Part shown: one piece after another, positions 1-12,883 of the stretch
Position numbering within the stretch: position 1 is the stretch's first letter
How the letters are laid out: each line of letters starts with the position of its first letter
Source: Octopus sinensis
Lineage: Eukaryota
Reading direction: 5' to 3'
Length of the DNA: 64,000 nt
NCBI RefSeq assembly: GCF_006345805.1
Contig: NC_043008.1
Coordinates: forward strand, 55,738,001 to 55,802,000
Position numbers and translations under genes: made by a program
Notes under the pieces: model-generated
What the model saw: only the letters and a program-made list of their open reading frames with translations
Told to the model about the DNA's origin: nothing
Database searches by the model: none

Positions 1-1220
1 AGTCAGTTATTCATGTCACAAACATACGTCAACACAATTCTCTACCGCATACATCTGCTGATAATTTTCATGCCCATACATTTTCTCCATTCACTTGCAT
101 TGTCTGTCACGCAGATAATAATAATAAGAATAATCCTTCCTAATTTTGGCACAAGGCCAGTGACTTTGAGATGCTTTGTACATGTACTGTTAATCTTTCC
201 AGTACCAGGTTTCAGCTCCATGGAGAACAATGTTCTCAACACATGCTTTGAAGAAGGCGAACCTTGTTGATTTTGAAACACTTATTCATAGATCATGAGT
301 TCAAATAAGCTGTAGTTATTTAACCCTTTAGAATTCAAACTGGCTATATCTGGTCCAAATATTCTACCTGTTTTTGTGTTCAAACTTACAAGGTCAGGCT
401 TCTCACACCTACCCTTCAATGTCATTCTAAAAATAATCCCATCATCAAAAACTCAAAGCTTAACTGCAATGATCCCAACCCCATCAAGCAAGAGCATAGA
501 GAAAAATAGAGAGAGATCTGATAGAGTAGTTAGTGCGATGGACAAAATGCTCTTTATGTTCTGAGTTCAAATCTTGCCTAGAACAACTTTACCTCTCTTC
601 CTTTCAGGGTTTTTATAAAATAATTACCAGTCAAAACAATGTGAAGGAATAAGCAATATATATGACAGAATAATCTGAACGCTAAAGGGTCACATATTTA
701 AGGGTTACTAAATCCTACATTCTGCCTCAGTCCAAGTCTCTCTCTGTCAGGAATAAGTACCAGAAATCTGAGAATGCTGCAATAAATTTCATCATTCCTT
801 TTTTCCAACTTTTACACCAAAAGAACAACCAGAGCTAAACAACAGCTCTTGACTGTCCTTCAGGGATTAGAGGAAATTATATATTACATAAGAATACTAA
901 AATCTCTGTAAGCTCACAGAAAGGAAAGCTAAATGAACAGGCAAAGTTGGAACCACATGCCAATATCAACATATTTTGTAAGAACGTTACAAAGGTGAGG
1001 TTAAAACTACGACAAAAACATCTTGTTCAGTCAATAATTTGTCTAACTATTTATCTGTGGCTAAATTTGGCACCATCTTAAGACTAATCTAAACAAGCTT
1101 TGTTGCCAAGGCAGTTTCATATTATAATAAGTTTCTGAGTTTACAGGATGTAGACTTACTTGTGTGGCTAAGAATAAGCTCTGTCGTCCAAAGTGAAGAG
1201 TGAGTTAGTGAGCGAGAGGG

Positions 1221-1685
1221 GTGTGTATGAGCATGAGTATATGTGTGGGTGTATATATAATATACACACACACGTTTAGATACATACATATATATAGACG
1301 CATAGATGCAGTATACATAGCTAAGTGGACAAATGTAAGATATTTACATACATACAAACATATATATATATATATACACACACAAACATACATACATAGA
1401 AACACACACCTACAAGCATGCATACACACATATACACACTCACACAAAGAGATACACATACACCAACAGCATTTATTCATACATAGATACAAACACACAT
1501 GCATGCATGATACAAACATACACACAAACACCTATATACAAACACACATACATACAAACATATGCATACACACACATATGTATACAAACATATATACATA
1601 CACACACGCAAACGTTACAAACATAGACACACATGCACTTATACATACATACATATATTTACATATATTACACACACACACACAC
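1221..1685. repeat. Compound (CA)/(TA)/(CATA) microsatellite
   Basis: Low-complexity tract; the source of the H/T/Y/I- and C/V/M-rich ORFs. Confidence 0.9.
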
Positions 1686-2583
1686 ATTGCAATTAGGTGG
1701 AAAGTGTCCATATGAAGATGTGTGCTCATAATATTGAAACACTGAAGCTGAGAAAATATTTTAAAAAGAAATCAGAATTAAGCCAAAGCTATTTTCGCTC
1801 AAAGCATTGCAATCAATAATTGACCGAGATATGTGCATCTACATCATCATCATCATCAACACCATCATCACCACCATCACCATCATCATCACCATTATCT
1901 TGAAACATATTCACTACTAAATGTAATTGCTGTGATGTCATATAAGTTTTGGAGAAAGGTCATGGGTGAGTGGCTTCGAGTTGCCATTTCCTTTGGGTCT
2001 GAGTGAAGCCTTAGAGTTTTGGAGATGAAGAATTTCACTGATTGGAAGTATATGTAGTGAAACGGTAAAACTCTTCATCTCTAAAACTCTAAAGCATCAT
2101 TCATTTAGTTAACTCTTTCAATGGTTTTACTCACTGGACTGTGGCCAAGCTGGAGCATTGGATTATATTATAGAGAATGGTTGATAAAGTCAACATCAAC
2201 GCCAGTACACCTTTATGTTATCAAGCTTGGAAGGATCAAAGGCCAAAGTGGGAGCTTGGGGGGGGGGGGGCACTCTGCATTGGTCCTAAAACATAACATC
2301 AACCCCAGTAAACCCTTATTTTATCAAACTTGGAAGGATCAAGAGCCAAAGTGGTAACTGGGAAAGGAGCAGTCCTAAAACAATATCAACTGCAAAACAC
2401 CCTTATTTTGCCAACCACTGAAGAATTGAGGGCCGGGGAAGCTTCTGCATTTGTTCTAAAGTTTTACATCACAAGAACACCTCTATGCATGCTCCACACA
2501 TTTACCCACACCCACATATGTATAGAGAAGAAGAAGAACTGGAGAACCAAAGTCATGGGTTTTTCTCAGAGTGTTGGCATTCA

Positions 2584-2812
2584 TTAACCCTTCAATTACT
2601 GTATTTATTTTGAGATGTTCTGTATTTCTTTCAATTACATTAAATATAACAAAGAATTTAGTAAAATAACTTAGTTATCATTCAGCTAGTGTTAGGAACA
2701 TAAATTGTGAGTAAGGTCTGGTGGAAGATTTTAATTCAAAACTTATGAAAACAAGACATTTGTACTACAGAGCCAGAGCCGGTTTCAGCCGGGTTGGTAA
2801 GAAATGGGTTAA
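2584..2812. mobile_element. TTAA MITE family A, ~228 bp
   Basis: TTAA-CCC...GGG-TTAA. Near-identical copies at 10214-10441 and, inverted, at 26176-26404. Confidence 0.85.
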
Positions 2813-5650
2813 GTACCAGTTACGCACTGGGGTCGATGTAATCGACTTAATCCGTTTGTCCCCTCTGTGTTTAGCCCCTTGTGGGTAATAAAGAAACAGA
2901 AAAGGTTAAGAGATTTCTCAAATGATTAGCTGAGAATATTATGCAATGATACCTTGAGAGGCAGAAACCAGTTTATGTTACTAAATATGGCTAGTGGAGG
3001 AAACAAAAAACAAAAATAAAAAAGAGGCTCACTTTGCAGCCTCATTGGTATTCAGGTCAGTCCTATTAAGTGGTGCCCCAAGCAAGTGTCATCTTTTGCA
3101 GCAGTGGGCAAACCAAAGCCTTGTGAGTAAATTTGTGTGTATGTGTGTGTGTGTGTGTCATCACCATTTAATGTCTGTTGTCCATGCTGTCATGGGTTAG
3201 ACAGTTTGATTGAAACTGGTCAGCCAGAGAGCTGCACAAGGTTCCAATCTGATTTGGTATAGTTTCTACAGCTGGATGCCCTTCCTAATGCCAACCACTC
3301 CGTGAGTGTAATGGGTGCTTTTTACATGCCACCAGCACAGATATCAGTTATGTAACACCAGCATCAGCCACAACTATGATTTCACTTGGCTTGATGAGTC
3401 TCAAGCACAGTATATCGCCAAAGGTCTCAGTCACTTGTCACCAAGTATTGGTTTATGCCTATCACTGTTTGAGTTGCATAATAGTGGTTTTATCTCTAAT
3501 TCATATTTTATATATATATATTGGTAAAAATGGTAAGATAACAAAAGAAAGAAAGAGACCTCAATATTATGTAAATAGAGGAAATTTATCTGTAAAATAA
3601 TATGTGGCAATTATTCAATAGACAAGATAAAACTCTGAGTTTCAGACGCCGAGGTGGAAATCCACAACACCATCTCTTCGGTTATCTGGCCATACATATA
3701 CATAAAAGTTTAAAGAGAAGTTAAAAGAACCATCTTAAGCGACAAAAAATATCCCATGGATTACTGGTTTGTTTGAACAGTAATATTCCTAAAGTAACAG
3801 GTTTAAGTATAAAACTTTGTTTATATACACTCAAATTAAAATCCAGAAAATGGAGAAGTAGCATTAACATAATTTATTAACTGCAAAAATTCAACATGTT
3901 TCCTTACAGCTGTTTCGATTTCACCCAAAGGAATTAAAGTCCAGTAATTAAAACATTTTGAGGGGCAAAATCTCGTCATAGGAGTAAAAAATGTAAAAAA
4001 AGACATATCGTTAGGTTATTAACATATTATTCTTCCAAAATGATATGTCTTTTTAACATTTTTTATTCCTCTGACGAGATTTGAAGACCAGTCTAGGGTT
4101 AACCAACAACAACAACAATGAAAATGTTTTCTTTTACCAACCTTAATAAAATTATAATTACATACTGCTTTTAAATATTACTGGTGATATTTTAGTCTTT
4201 AGTTTCAAAGAGATGAATGATGATGATGATGAGGGCTGTGGTAATGGTGATGTTTATAATGATAACAGCAGGGGCAATGAATGAAGGTAACAGAGAGATA
4301 GAATAGAAGACAACAGACAGAGACATTGATGGAACGAGAGATGATGCGACAGAGATTTGACAAAATAGTTCCTACTTTCAATATAGTTATTACAAACAGA
4401 TCACCAACATCAAAATCAATGGAAACTGCAGTTATAATCCCTGTGCCGGTGGCATGTAAAAAGCACCATCCGAACGTGGCCAATGCCAGCGCCGCCTCGA
4501 CTGACTTCTGTGCCGGTGGCACGTAAAATGCACCAATCCGATCGTGGTCATTGCCAGCCTCGCCTGGCACCTGTACCGGTGGCACGTAAAAAGCACCCAC
4601 TACAATCACGGAGTGGTTGGTGTTAGGAAGGGCATCCAGCTGTAGAAACACTGCCAGATCAGACTGGAGCCTGGTGCAGCCTTCTGGCTTCCCAGAACCC
4701 CGGTCGAACCGTCCAACCCATGCTAGCATGGAGAATGGACGTTAAACGATGATGATGATGATGATGATGATGACAAAATGGCTTTGAAAACAAAACTCTG
4801 AAGGTTTTTACTCCATCTCTTAACCCTAAGGCAGTTCTCTAAGAGAAGACAAGGGCAAACTTCAGCCCACAGGACTTGCTGAATGGCACACTTAATGAAA
4901 AATTATGTTGTATTTTTTTTTAGTAGTGCACAAGTGTGGCAAGAGGTTTGCCAATATTCAGTATGTCATATTCTTCCTTTCTTCTTCTACCTGTCTTGGA
5001 GATCCTAAAAAAATAAAAGGTGATGGGTGCTGCTCTTTTCAACCAGACTAAACAATAATAAAAAAAAATTAAAGCCTCTAAAGTCACTATAGGCTCAGGT
5101 GTGACTGTGTGGTAAGAAGCTTGTTTCCCAACCATATGGTTCAGGGTTCAGTCCCATTGTGTGGCACCTTGGGCAAATGAAATCTACTACAGTCTCAAGC
5201 TGACCAAAGCCTTGTGAGTGGATTTGGTAGGCGGAAACTGAAGGAAGCACGTCATATGTGTGTGTGTGTAAGTGTCTTTGTGTCTGTGTCCCCCACATCA
5301 CCACTTGACAACCGATGTTGGTGTTTTTATGTCCCTATAACTTGGCGGTTCGGCAAAAGAACCAATACAATAAGTACTAGGCTTTAAAAAAGAAAAGTCC
5401 TGGGGTCGATTTGTTCGACTTGAAAGAAAAAAAAAAAACCTTTCAAGGCAGTTCAAGTCAAATGTCTAAAACAAGTAACAAAATAAAATAAATAAACCAA
5501 AAATAAATCATTTACACCAGATTAGTGCTACTCAAAGTGGTGGTCGGCGAGCCATCAGCTACCAGTACACGGCGAGTTTCCAGAAAAGAAACATTATAAA
5601 ATGCTTATAAAATGTTTACGTAATATTGTATTATTTGTTTACAAAATAAA

Positions 5651-6165
5651 TCTATATATATAAAACTGTAGTTGTGTGAGTGTCTGTCCCCTTCGATTTA
5701 GATTCCTAACTACTCCCACATTTTGCGGTGCAGTTTAACCAAATTCGGGTATCTTATAGTCGTGATTCATATCGAGCCCGTCTGAGTATTAGCGCGCGTC
5801 TACGATGAGTCTACGATTTAAAAAATAATTTCACATTATTTTTTATTCCATTTTAATGCATAATTTTTCGTGTGTCGATGGCGGCGGAGTTGGCGTCCAT
5901 GGTCACACTTGCACCTGTGTTTGCTTCTCCCCCTTCTTCCCTCCCTCATGAAGCTGTGGGGAGGGGAGTGTAAGGAAATCAACGTCGTAAAGCGTTGTCA
6001 AGGAGACCAGCGTTCTTTTAGAACGACGACTTCATCGCTTGAAGACACCAAAACAGAAATGGCTAAGAAAGCCCAAATTGGCATCTATAAGGGAAGTAAC
6101 TCTCTAAAAATGCTTATATAGTTATTTCCCTTACAAACCCGAGCAACGCCGGGCGATACTGCTAG
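5651..6165 (+). mobile_element. Non-autonomous Helitron-like element nested in a hAT-like MITE (~5523-6349)
   Basis: 5' TC, subterminal hairpin CCCGAGCAACGCCGGG, 3' CTAG, inserted between A and T. The host has TAGTGCTACTCAAA...TTTGAGAATCACTG ends. Confidence 0.8.
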
Positions 6166-6201
6166 TATAAAATTTTAAAAATGTAAACTTTCATTATATT
6201 C

Positions 6202-6242
<41 letters not shown>

Positions 6243-6657
6243 TGTTTCCGGAATAAATTAATATTACTAGGAAATATTACCGGTCCCTGACACACTGAGG
6301 GGGCGGGGGAAACTACCGGTACACCGCATCAGATAATTTGAGAATCACTGCACTAGTTGATCAACCAGAGAACTAACAAACACAAGGGAGGCAACTCAAA
6401 AGTCTTGTTACTCTTTCGCTGGCAGAACGGTTGGCACACTAGATAAAACGTTTGGAGGTGCGTCGTCTGTCTTTATTTTCTGAGTTCAAATTTCACTGAG
6501 GTCGACTTAGCTTTTCCTCCTTTCGGTGTCCATAAAATAAGTACCATTCATGTACCAAGGGGTCCTTAAAATACTAATTCAATGTAATCGAATTCCACTT
6601 CTCAAAATAGAAAAAAATCTTTTAAAGAAAAGATGCTAAAGATGCTAAACCGTTATT

Positions 6658-7040
6658 AGGCGCAGGAGTGGCTCTGTGGTTAGTAGCTTGTGTGCCAACC
6701 ACATGGTTCTGGGGTCAGTCCCACTGCGTGGCACCTTGGGCAAGTGTCTTCTACTATAGCCTTGGGCCAACCAAAGCCTTATGAGTGGATTTGGTAGACG
6801 GAAACTGAAAGAAGCCCGTCGTATATATATGTATATATATGTGTGTATATATGTTTGTCCCTTCAACATCGCTTGACAACCGATGCTGGTGTGTTTACGC
6901 CCCCGTAACTTAGTGGTTTGGCAAAAGAAACCGACAGAATAAGTACTAGGCTTACAAAGAATAAGTCCTGGTGTCGATTTGCTCGACTAGAGGCGGTGCT
7001 CCAGCATGGCCACAGTCAAACGACTGAAACAAGTAAAAAA
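6658..7040 (+). mobile_element. tRNA-derived SINE family B (~380-400 bp, internal TA/TG microsatellite)
   Basis: AGGCGCAGGAGTGGCT.TGTGG head with GGTTCAGTCCC-type B box. Copies at ~5092-5485, 24355-24752, 32967-33362, 38508-38891, 40050-40360, 43383-43783, 44403-44735, plus fragments. Confidence 0.85.
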
Positions 7041-7467
7041 AAAACCTAAAAATGGTAAACTGGCAGAATTGTTGACGCATTGGGCAAAATGCTTAAGGGC
7101 ATTTCTTCCAGTTTCACATGAGTTGAAATGCTATCAAAGTCAGCTTTAGCTTTTCATCCTTTCATGCTCAATAAAATAAGTACCAGATGGGTACCAGGGT
7201 GAATTACTCCTTTCCCTGAAATTCCTGGCCTTGTGCCAAAATTTGAAACTACTACTACTATTACTACTCTGCTAAACAGTGAGCTGGCAAAATAGTTAAT
7301 GTTAGACAATGTAACTCAGGAATTTTGGATTTGGATCCTCCTACCAATTTTTTTTTCTCCCCTACCACACTCAGAGCCCTTCACAGAAAGCGTCATAAAC
7401 AACACAGCACTTTATTCTTTGGACAAAGCTTGATATTAGGTGTAAAGTTAATATGTGACACACTTAC

Positions 7468-7554
7468 CAGCCAGGATCATTTCTGTTTTAGCTGATGGAG
7501 TTATGGTAAGTTCATCAGTGAATTCTGGATCCAAATATTTTTGAAGGTCTGACA
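7468..7554 (-). CDS. DCTN3: DCTN3 coding exon 3
   Basis: T-tract/TAG acceptor, 87 nt = (L)SDLQKYLDPEFTDELTITPSAKTEMILA, GTAAGT donor. Matches the conserved DCTN3 segment DL.KYLDPE....I....K...ILA. Later exons were not found in 1-7467. Confidence 0.92.
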
Positions 7555-7647
7555 CTAAAAAAATAGACATTAAAAAGAAAGCATTCAGTTGGTCCTATTT
7601 GACAGAAGTTTAGAACATTGAAAGAGAATGTTTAGAGTCTGACAACC

Positions 7648-8210
7648 TATTTCTTTACTACCCACAAGGGGCTAAACACAGAGAGGACAAACAAGGGCAG
7701 ACAAATGGATTAAGTTGATTATATCGACCCCAATACGTAACTGGTACTTATTTAATCGACCCCGAAAGGATGAAAGGCAAAGTCGACATCAGCGGAATTT
7801 GAACTCAGAATGTAACGGCAGAAGAAATACCTATTTCTTTACTACCCACAAGGAGCTAAACACAGAGAGGACAAACGGATTAAGTCGATTATATCGACCC
7901 CAGTGTGTAACTGGTATTTATTTAATCGACCCCGAGAGGATGAAAGGCAAAGTCGACCTCGGCAGAATTTGAACTCAGAACGTAACAGCAGACGAAATAC
8001 CTATTTCTTTACTACCCACAAGGAGCTAAACACAGAGAGGACAAACAGATTTATATCGACCCCAGTGCATAACTGGTATTTATTTAATCGACCCCGAGAG
8101 GATGAAAGGCAAAGTCGACTTTGGCGGAATTTGAACTCAGAACGTAATGGCAGACGAAATACCGCTACGCATTACACCTGGCGTGCTAACGTTTCTGCCA
8201 GCTCGCCACC
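7648..8210 (-). mobile_element. Trimeric tRNA-derived Nin-domain-type SINE
   Basis: One tRNA-like head plus three ~170-185-bp units with GCCTTTCATCCTTTCGGGGTCGAT (Nin/Deu-like). A 17-bp TSD, TTTAGA(G/A)TCTGACAACC, flanks the whole array. Confidence 0.85.
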
Positions 8211-9092
8211 TTTTTAGAATCTGACAACCATTTTGAAGGAAGGGGTTCACTGAATTCATGTGAAGTTAACCAATTGAGAAATATTTCTAATCTTAGACAG
8301 AATGCAACTTCAGTCAACAAATTAACAGAAATCCTTCTACAGACGTCAATAGTTCACCAGAATCATGCTTACCACATCATCATTATCATAATTGCTTTAG
8401 CGTCCACTTTTCCAAGCTCACATTAGTCAGCCAGAATTTCTTCAGGTGCATTTTTTTATAGCTAGAAGGATGCCCTTCCTTTCATCAACCCTCACTTGTT
8501 TTCAAGTAAGATGATATTTCCCCATGACTAGACATTTCCGCAGAAGGTTGGAAATAAAGGACACCCCTTGCAGAACAGTAACTTGAGCAAATAGAGTCAG
8601 TGACCAATTGTTTATAAACGCATGTAATATAATTCCTCTTTCTAATTTTGGCATGAGGCTAGCAATTTTGAGGGGAAATGTATGCCAATTACATTGAGCC
8701 CACAATTTTAAACAAGATTCACCCTTTCCCTCTATCATACTTTGATCTCTCATCACCTGGCATAAGGCAGGGCCCTGCCTCAGTTGAGGGGGTCTTGTCT
8801 TGTGAGTTGTTTGGTATCCTCACTGCTGCTGGTGACACACTGTAAAGTGGTTGGTGTTAAGAAGGACACACAAAAAACACCCAGAACACTCTGTAAAGTG
8901 GTTGGTGTTAAGAAACCATGCCAAAGCAGACATACAGGACTTGGCACAGTCCCCCTGGCTCACCAGTTCTTGTTGAACTGTCCAACCCATGCCCGCATGG
9001 AAAACAGGTGAATGATGATAATGATGTATTTGAAATTTTAAACAATACATTTAAATAAATGGATTTCTATTTTTTCCAAATGGTCCACTTAC

Positions 9093-9177
9093 ATTTATTA
9101 AAGGTTTCGGTGATGTTCTTACGTCCAGCCACAGATACATTAATTTTGGAATGGACATTGTTTAATGCATCGATACA
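9093..9177 (-). CDS. DCTN3: DCTN3 coding exon 2
   Basis: TTTTCTTTTGCAG acceptor, 85 nt = CIDALNNVHSKINVSVAGRKNITETFNK plus 1 nt, GTAAGT donor. Phase 0 to 1 fits both flanking exons. Confidence 0.88.
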
Positions 9178-10213
9178 CTGCAAAAGAAAATGAATTTCAC
9201 TTTGCTACATGTTCTAAACAAAACTATCTGCAAGGATACAATAAGAATTTGCTTGAAATAATACAACAGACTTGTTAAAAAGCAAAGGGAGAGAGAGATT
9301 AAATCAAATAAGAAAAGCATATATGACCTTTTTGCAAAATCAAAATAAGAAATGCAAGCATTTAATTTCCAGGAAAGAAATTAATATTGAGCAAGTATAA
9401 AAATAAGTGACAAATAAAAATATAAAGTATATGTAGAAGTAGAGTTTATTGCTTAAATTTAGTACAGGCCTAAGGAAGTTTCATGGTTAATCTGTAATTA
9501 ACTCAAGTAATTCACACGAACTTGAAGTAATGTCATACAAATCCTATTAAAGAGAGATCTGATGTGTGTTACCATGTAGGAGAAGGTGGAGGGGAAAAGA
9601 GAGAGAAAGAGAAGCGGAAAAAATCCTATTGAGTTCTTTAGGGTTTGCATGCATATACACACACTTACACAGAAACTATCAAGTAATCACTATTGTCTCC
9701 AAAATCCACATTTAACTACATCTAACTTGTAATTATGAAATTCACTAACTTTGGGACATGCATAAGTTGTTAATCCGTATAACAGTCTTTGAAATATGCT
9801 GTCATCATTTTGGTAAAATGGATGTCAAAATCATAATAATGATGACGATGATGATGATTTTGATAAGCACAAACAAAGAGAAAGAAAGGTACAAAGAGGT
9901 AGAATATCTACAGTATAACTAAAAACAATAATCAAATGTTGAAAAAAATTTGTTGGTAGACTCTGAAATAATCTAGCGCGTAAAAACTATCAAAGAGGTA
10001 GGGTTTCTAAGGCTTTCCTTTCCTTGTACGAAAGGCTGAATTATAAGGTGTATATAGGGGAAAAGTGAGCTGAATATATCTATATCTGCATGAGCCATGT
10101 TTAGGAAATGAATAGTTATCAATGAGCATTGGATGATGATAGAGAAGTAGAAGTAGTAACAGCTCTGGTATGAACATGAAAAAATAATAAATGAGTGGAT
10201 TGTAAAGAATATG

Positions 10214-10441
10214 TTAACCCTTTCATTACTGTATTTATTTTGAAATGCTCTGCATTTCTTTCAATTATCTTAGATATAACAAAGAATTTAGTAAAATAAC
10301 TTAGTTATCATTAAACTAGTGTTAGGGACATAAATTATGACTAAGGTTTGGTGGAAGATCTTAATTCAAAACTTATGAAAACAAGACTTTTGTACTCAGA
10401 TCCAGAGCCGGTTTCAGCCGGGTTGGTAACGAAAGGGTTAA
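10214..10441. mobile_element. TTAA MITE family A
   Basis: Copy of 2584-2812 with TTAA-CCCTTTC...GAAAGGG-TTAA ends. Confidence 0.85.
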
Positions 10442-10689
10442 ACAATGTTGGTTGTTAGTGATAAACAGTAATTACTGGAGACAATGGTTAATTAAGAACT
10501 TGAAATAAGAAGTGATTAGGCCAGACTGAAAACAATGATCTTGAAGATGAGATGAAACTGGATCAAAACTGTTGTTAGGATACTGGGTCTGCATTATAAT
10601 GCTGACCCATCCAATTCATGCCATCATGCAAAACAAAAAAGTTAATATTTTAATGATTTTGTATATTTATCTATAGATATATATATATA

Positions 10690-11568
10690 CAGGATATATG
10701 GTCTAAAATTGACAATATTTTATGTCACTTTTTTTTTCAGGAAGAGCTTGATGTATTGATGAAAGGCAACAGTGTTGGAGAGCATAAAGATTAAAGATGT
10801 AGTTGAGAAAAAGGTAATTGACAAGGAGAACTGGAAGCCATCTGAATTTCAGAAAAGAGTTACCTGTATAATGAAGATTTATGCTGGGTGTCAAAATGCC
10901 AACATCATAATTGCTGCTCAATGCCCTGTGAACACTATAATGGCTGTAATACATGACATGGACATCATAAAAACCAAGTTCCCTTTAGGTCCTTAGGTGT
11001 GTCTCCAGAGAGGGTGGCGTCATGTTGCCCCACACCTTTGAACAAGGCTTTAAGCTTAATTCAGATGGCTATGTGAAGCTGCTGGACACTATGGTCAAAC
11101 CCCAGCTGGAGAGGATTGCTGTTAGAAGACCATATGTGAGGCAGTATGATTTGGCTCCTTGACAAACCCAGGAAAGACTCAGAGGTGGTTGTCAGTGAAT
11201 TTCTATGACTTCAGCCCCCATTTCTAGCCTCTTAATTTCCCTGATAGCAATCCTGTGGGTTGTTATTATGCATGGGGTGTGGTTGAGAAAGACACCAACC
11301 ACTCTGCCTGCAACACCAAGTCTAAGCTAGTGACCAAGATCAAGGAGGAGTTTGAAGATCTCAGGGACACAGTGAGAAACACATGCCTCAGGTTCCAAGC
11401 CAGCCTGAGGTCATGGTGGAAGCTGAGGGCAGTTACTTTAAATAAATTGAACTGTTATCTCCCAGCTAATATTTTTTGGTTTCTTTAAAAATACTTATAT
11501 TTTTGGATGGAATATTGTGTTTTCTTTTCCTTGTATGCAAACTATCAAATTAAACCTGAAAACCCATG
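10690..11568 (+). mobile_element. Decayed Tc1/mariner (maT/DD37D-like) element
   Basis: TA-CAGG start and degenerate matching end; disrupted transposase pieces (KLNSDGYVKLLDTMVKP, RPYV.Q.D.AP, YYAWGVVEKDTN). Related to 62663-63547. Confidence 0.75.
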
Positions 11569-12460
11569 TATATAAATATACACACACACTTCTATGTATA
11601 CAAATTTATGTACAAGAGACAGGAGCACTCAATACCAGTTTAGCAGAATTTATAAAAGTATAATATAATCATACCTCAAAAAGACCTGTAGTTGACAGCA
11701 GAAGTGTTGTGGTCACTTCCCTGATGAAGAAGATTGGTCTGCAAGAGTCCTGTGCTGGTACAATGTAAAAAGCACTCAAGCCAGTGCTATGTAAAAGTGC
11801 CACAAAAAGCACCCAGCACACTCTATAAAGTGGTTGGTGTTAGGAAGGGCATCAAGCCGTAGAAACCATGCCAAATCAGACTGGAGTCTGGCGCAGCTTG
11901 CCAGCTCTGGTCAAACCGTTCAACTCATGCCAACATGAGAAACAGACATTAAACGATGATGTCACAGTTGTATAATTCACTTGTCAAGTGTATAAACAAT
12001 GTATAACTGCTTGGAGTAAAACAGTAGCTAGCATGGTAACTGTGTCACGGAAAAATCTTGAAATATGGGAGTTAACTCATGTAATCATCTGAGAGATCAC
12101 ACACACACACACATTATAATTGCAGGCCAATAATAGCCATTAATAACTTCATTGGGAGTAGAGTTGTTGAAGCCATTACAATTACACAAATATCTATATT
12201 CACTTTCATTTTATTACTATTTTGTAATAATCCTTTGTACTGGAGGCACACGGCCCCAGATTTGTGGAGAAGGGATTTAGTTGATTACATCGAACCCAGT
12301 GTTTCGCTGGTGCTTAATTAATCAGCACCAAAAGGATGAAAGGCAAAGTCAACCCCGATGACATTTGAACTCAGGATGTAGCAACAGGCAAAATACTTAT
12401 TTCTTTACTACCCATAAGGGGCTAAACACAGAGGGGACAAACAGATTAAGTCGATTATAT

Positions 12461-12883
12461 TGACCCCAGTGCGTAACTGGTACTTAATTTATCGACCCCG
12501 GAAGGATGAAAGGCAAAGTCAACCTCAGCGGAATTTGAACTCAGAACATAACAGCAGACGAAATACCGCTAAGCATTTCACCCGGCGTGCTAACGTTTCT
12601 GCCAGCTCACCGCCTTTACTATTTAGTAATAACAATAATATTTATTACTTGGTATTCTACTATCAAATATTTTGACCCCAGTGCGTAACTGTTACTTAAT
12701 TTATCGACCCCGAAAGGATGAAAGGCAAAGTCAACCTCAGTGGAATTTGAACTCAGGACATAACAGCAGACGAAATACCGCTAAGCATTTCACCCGGCGT
12801 GCTAACGTTTCTGCCAGCTCACCACCTTCGCTATTTTGTAATAACAATAATATTTATTACTTGGTATTCTACTATCAAATATT
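12461..12883. repeat. Direct tandem duplication (~212 bp) of a SINE 5' part plus unique flank
   Basis: 12461-12671 is repeated at 12673-12883, including the non-SINE flank AATAACAATAATATTTATTACTTGGTATTCTACTATCAAATAT. Confidence 0.85.

Noticed and set aside
1205-1729. His/Thr/Tyr- and Cys/Val-rich ORFs (also 18654-19037, 58300-58704)
   Set aside because: Microsatellite translations.
4205-4729. Recurrent LQLDALPNANHS, RPRKDERQS and SVSVYQIHSQG ORFs
   Set aside because: Translations of the RTE 3'UTR and SINE repeats found many times in the window.
4958-5004. Possible DCTN3 terminal exon (G)SPRQVEEERKNMTY-stop
   Set aside because: No similarity to the expected DCTN3 exon 4 and it would truncate the protein; only an acceptor supports it.
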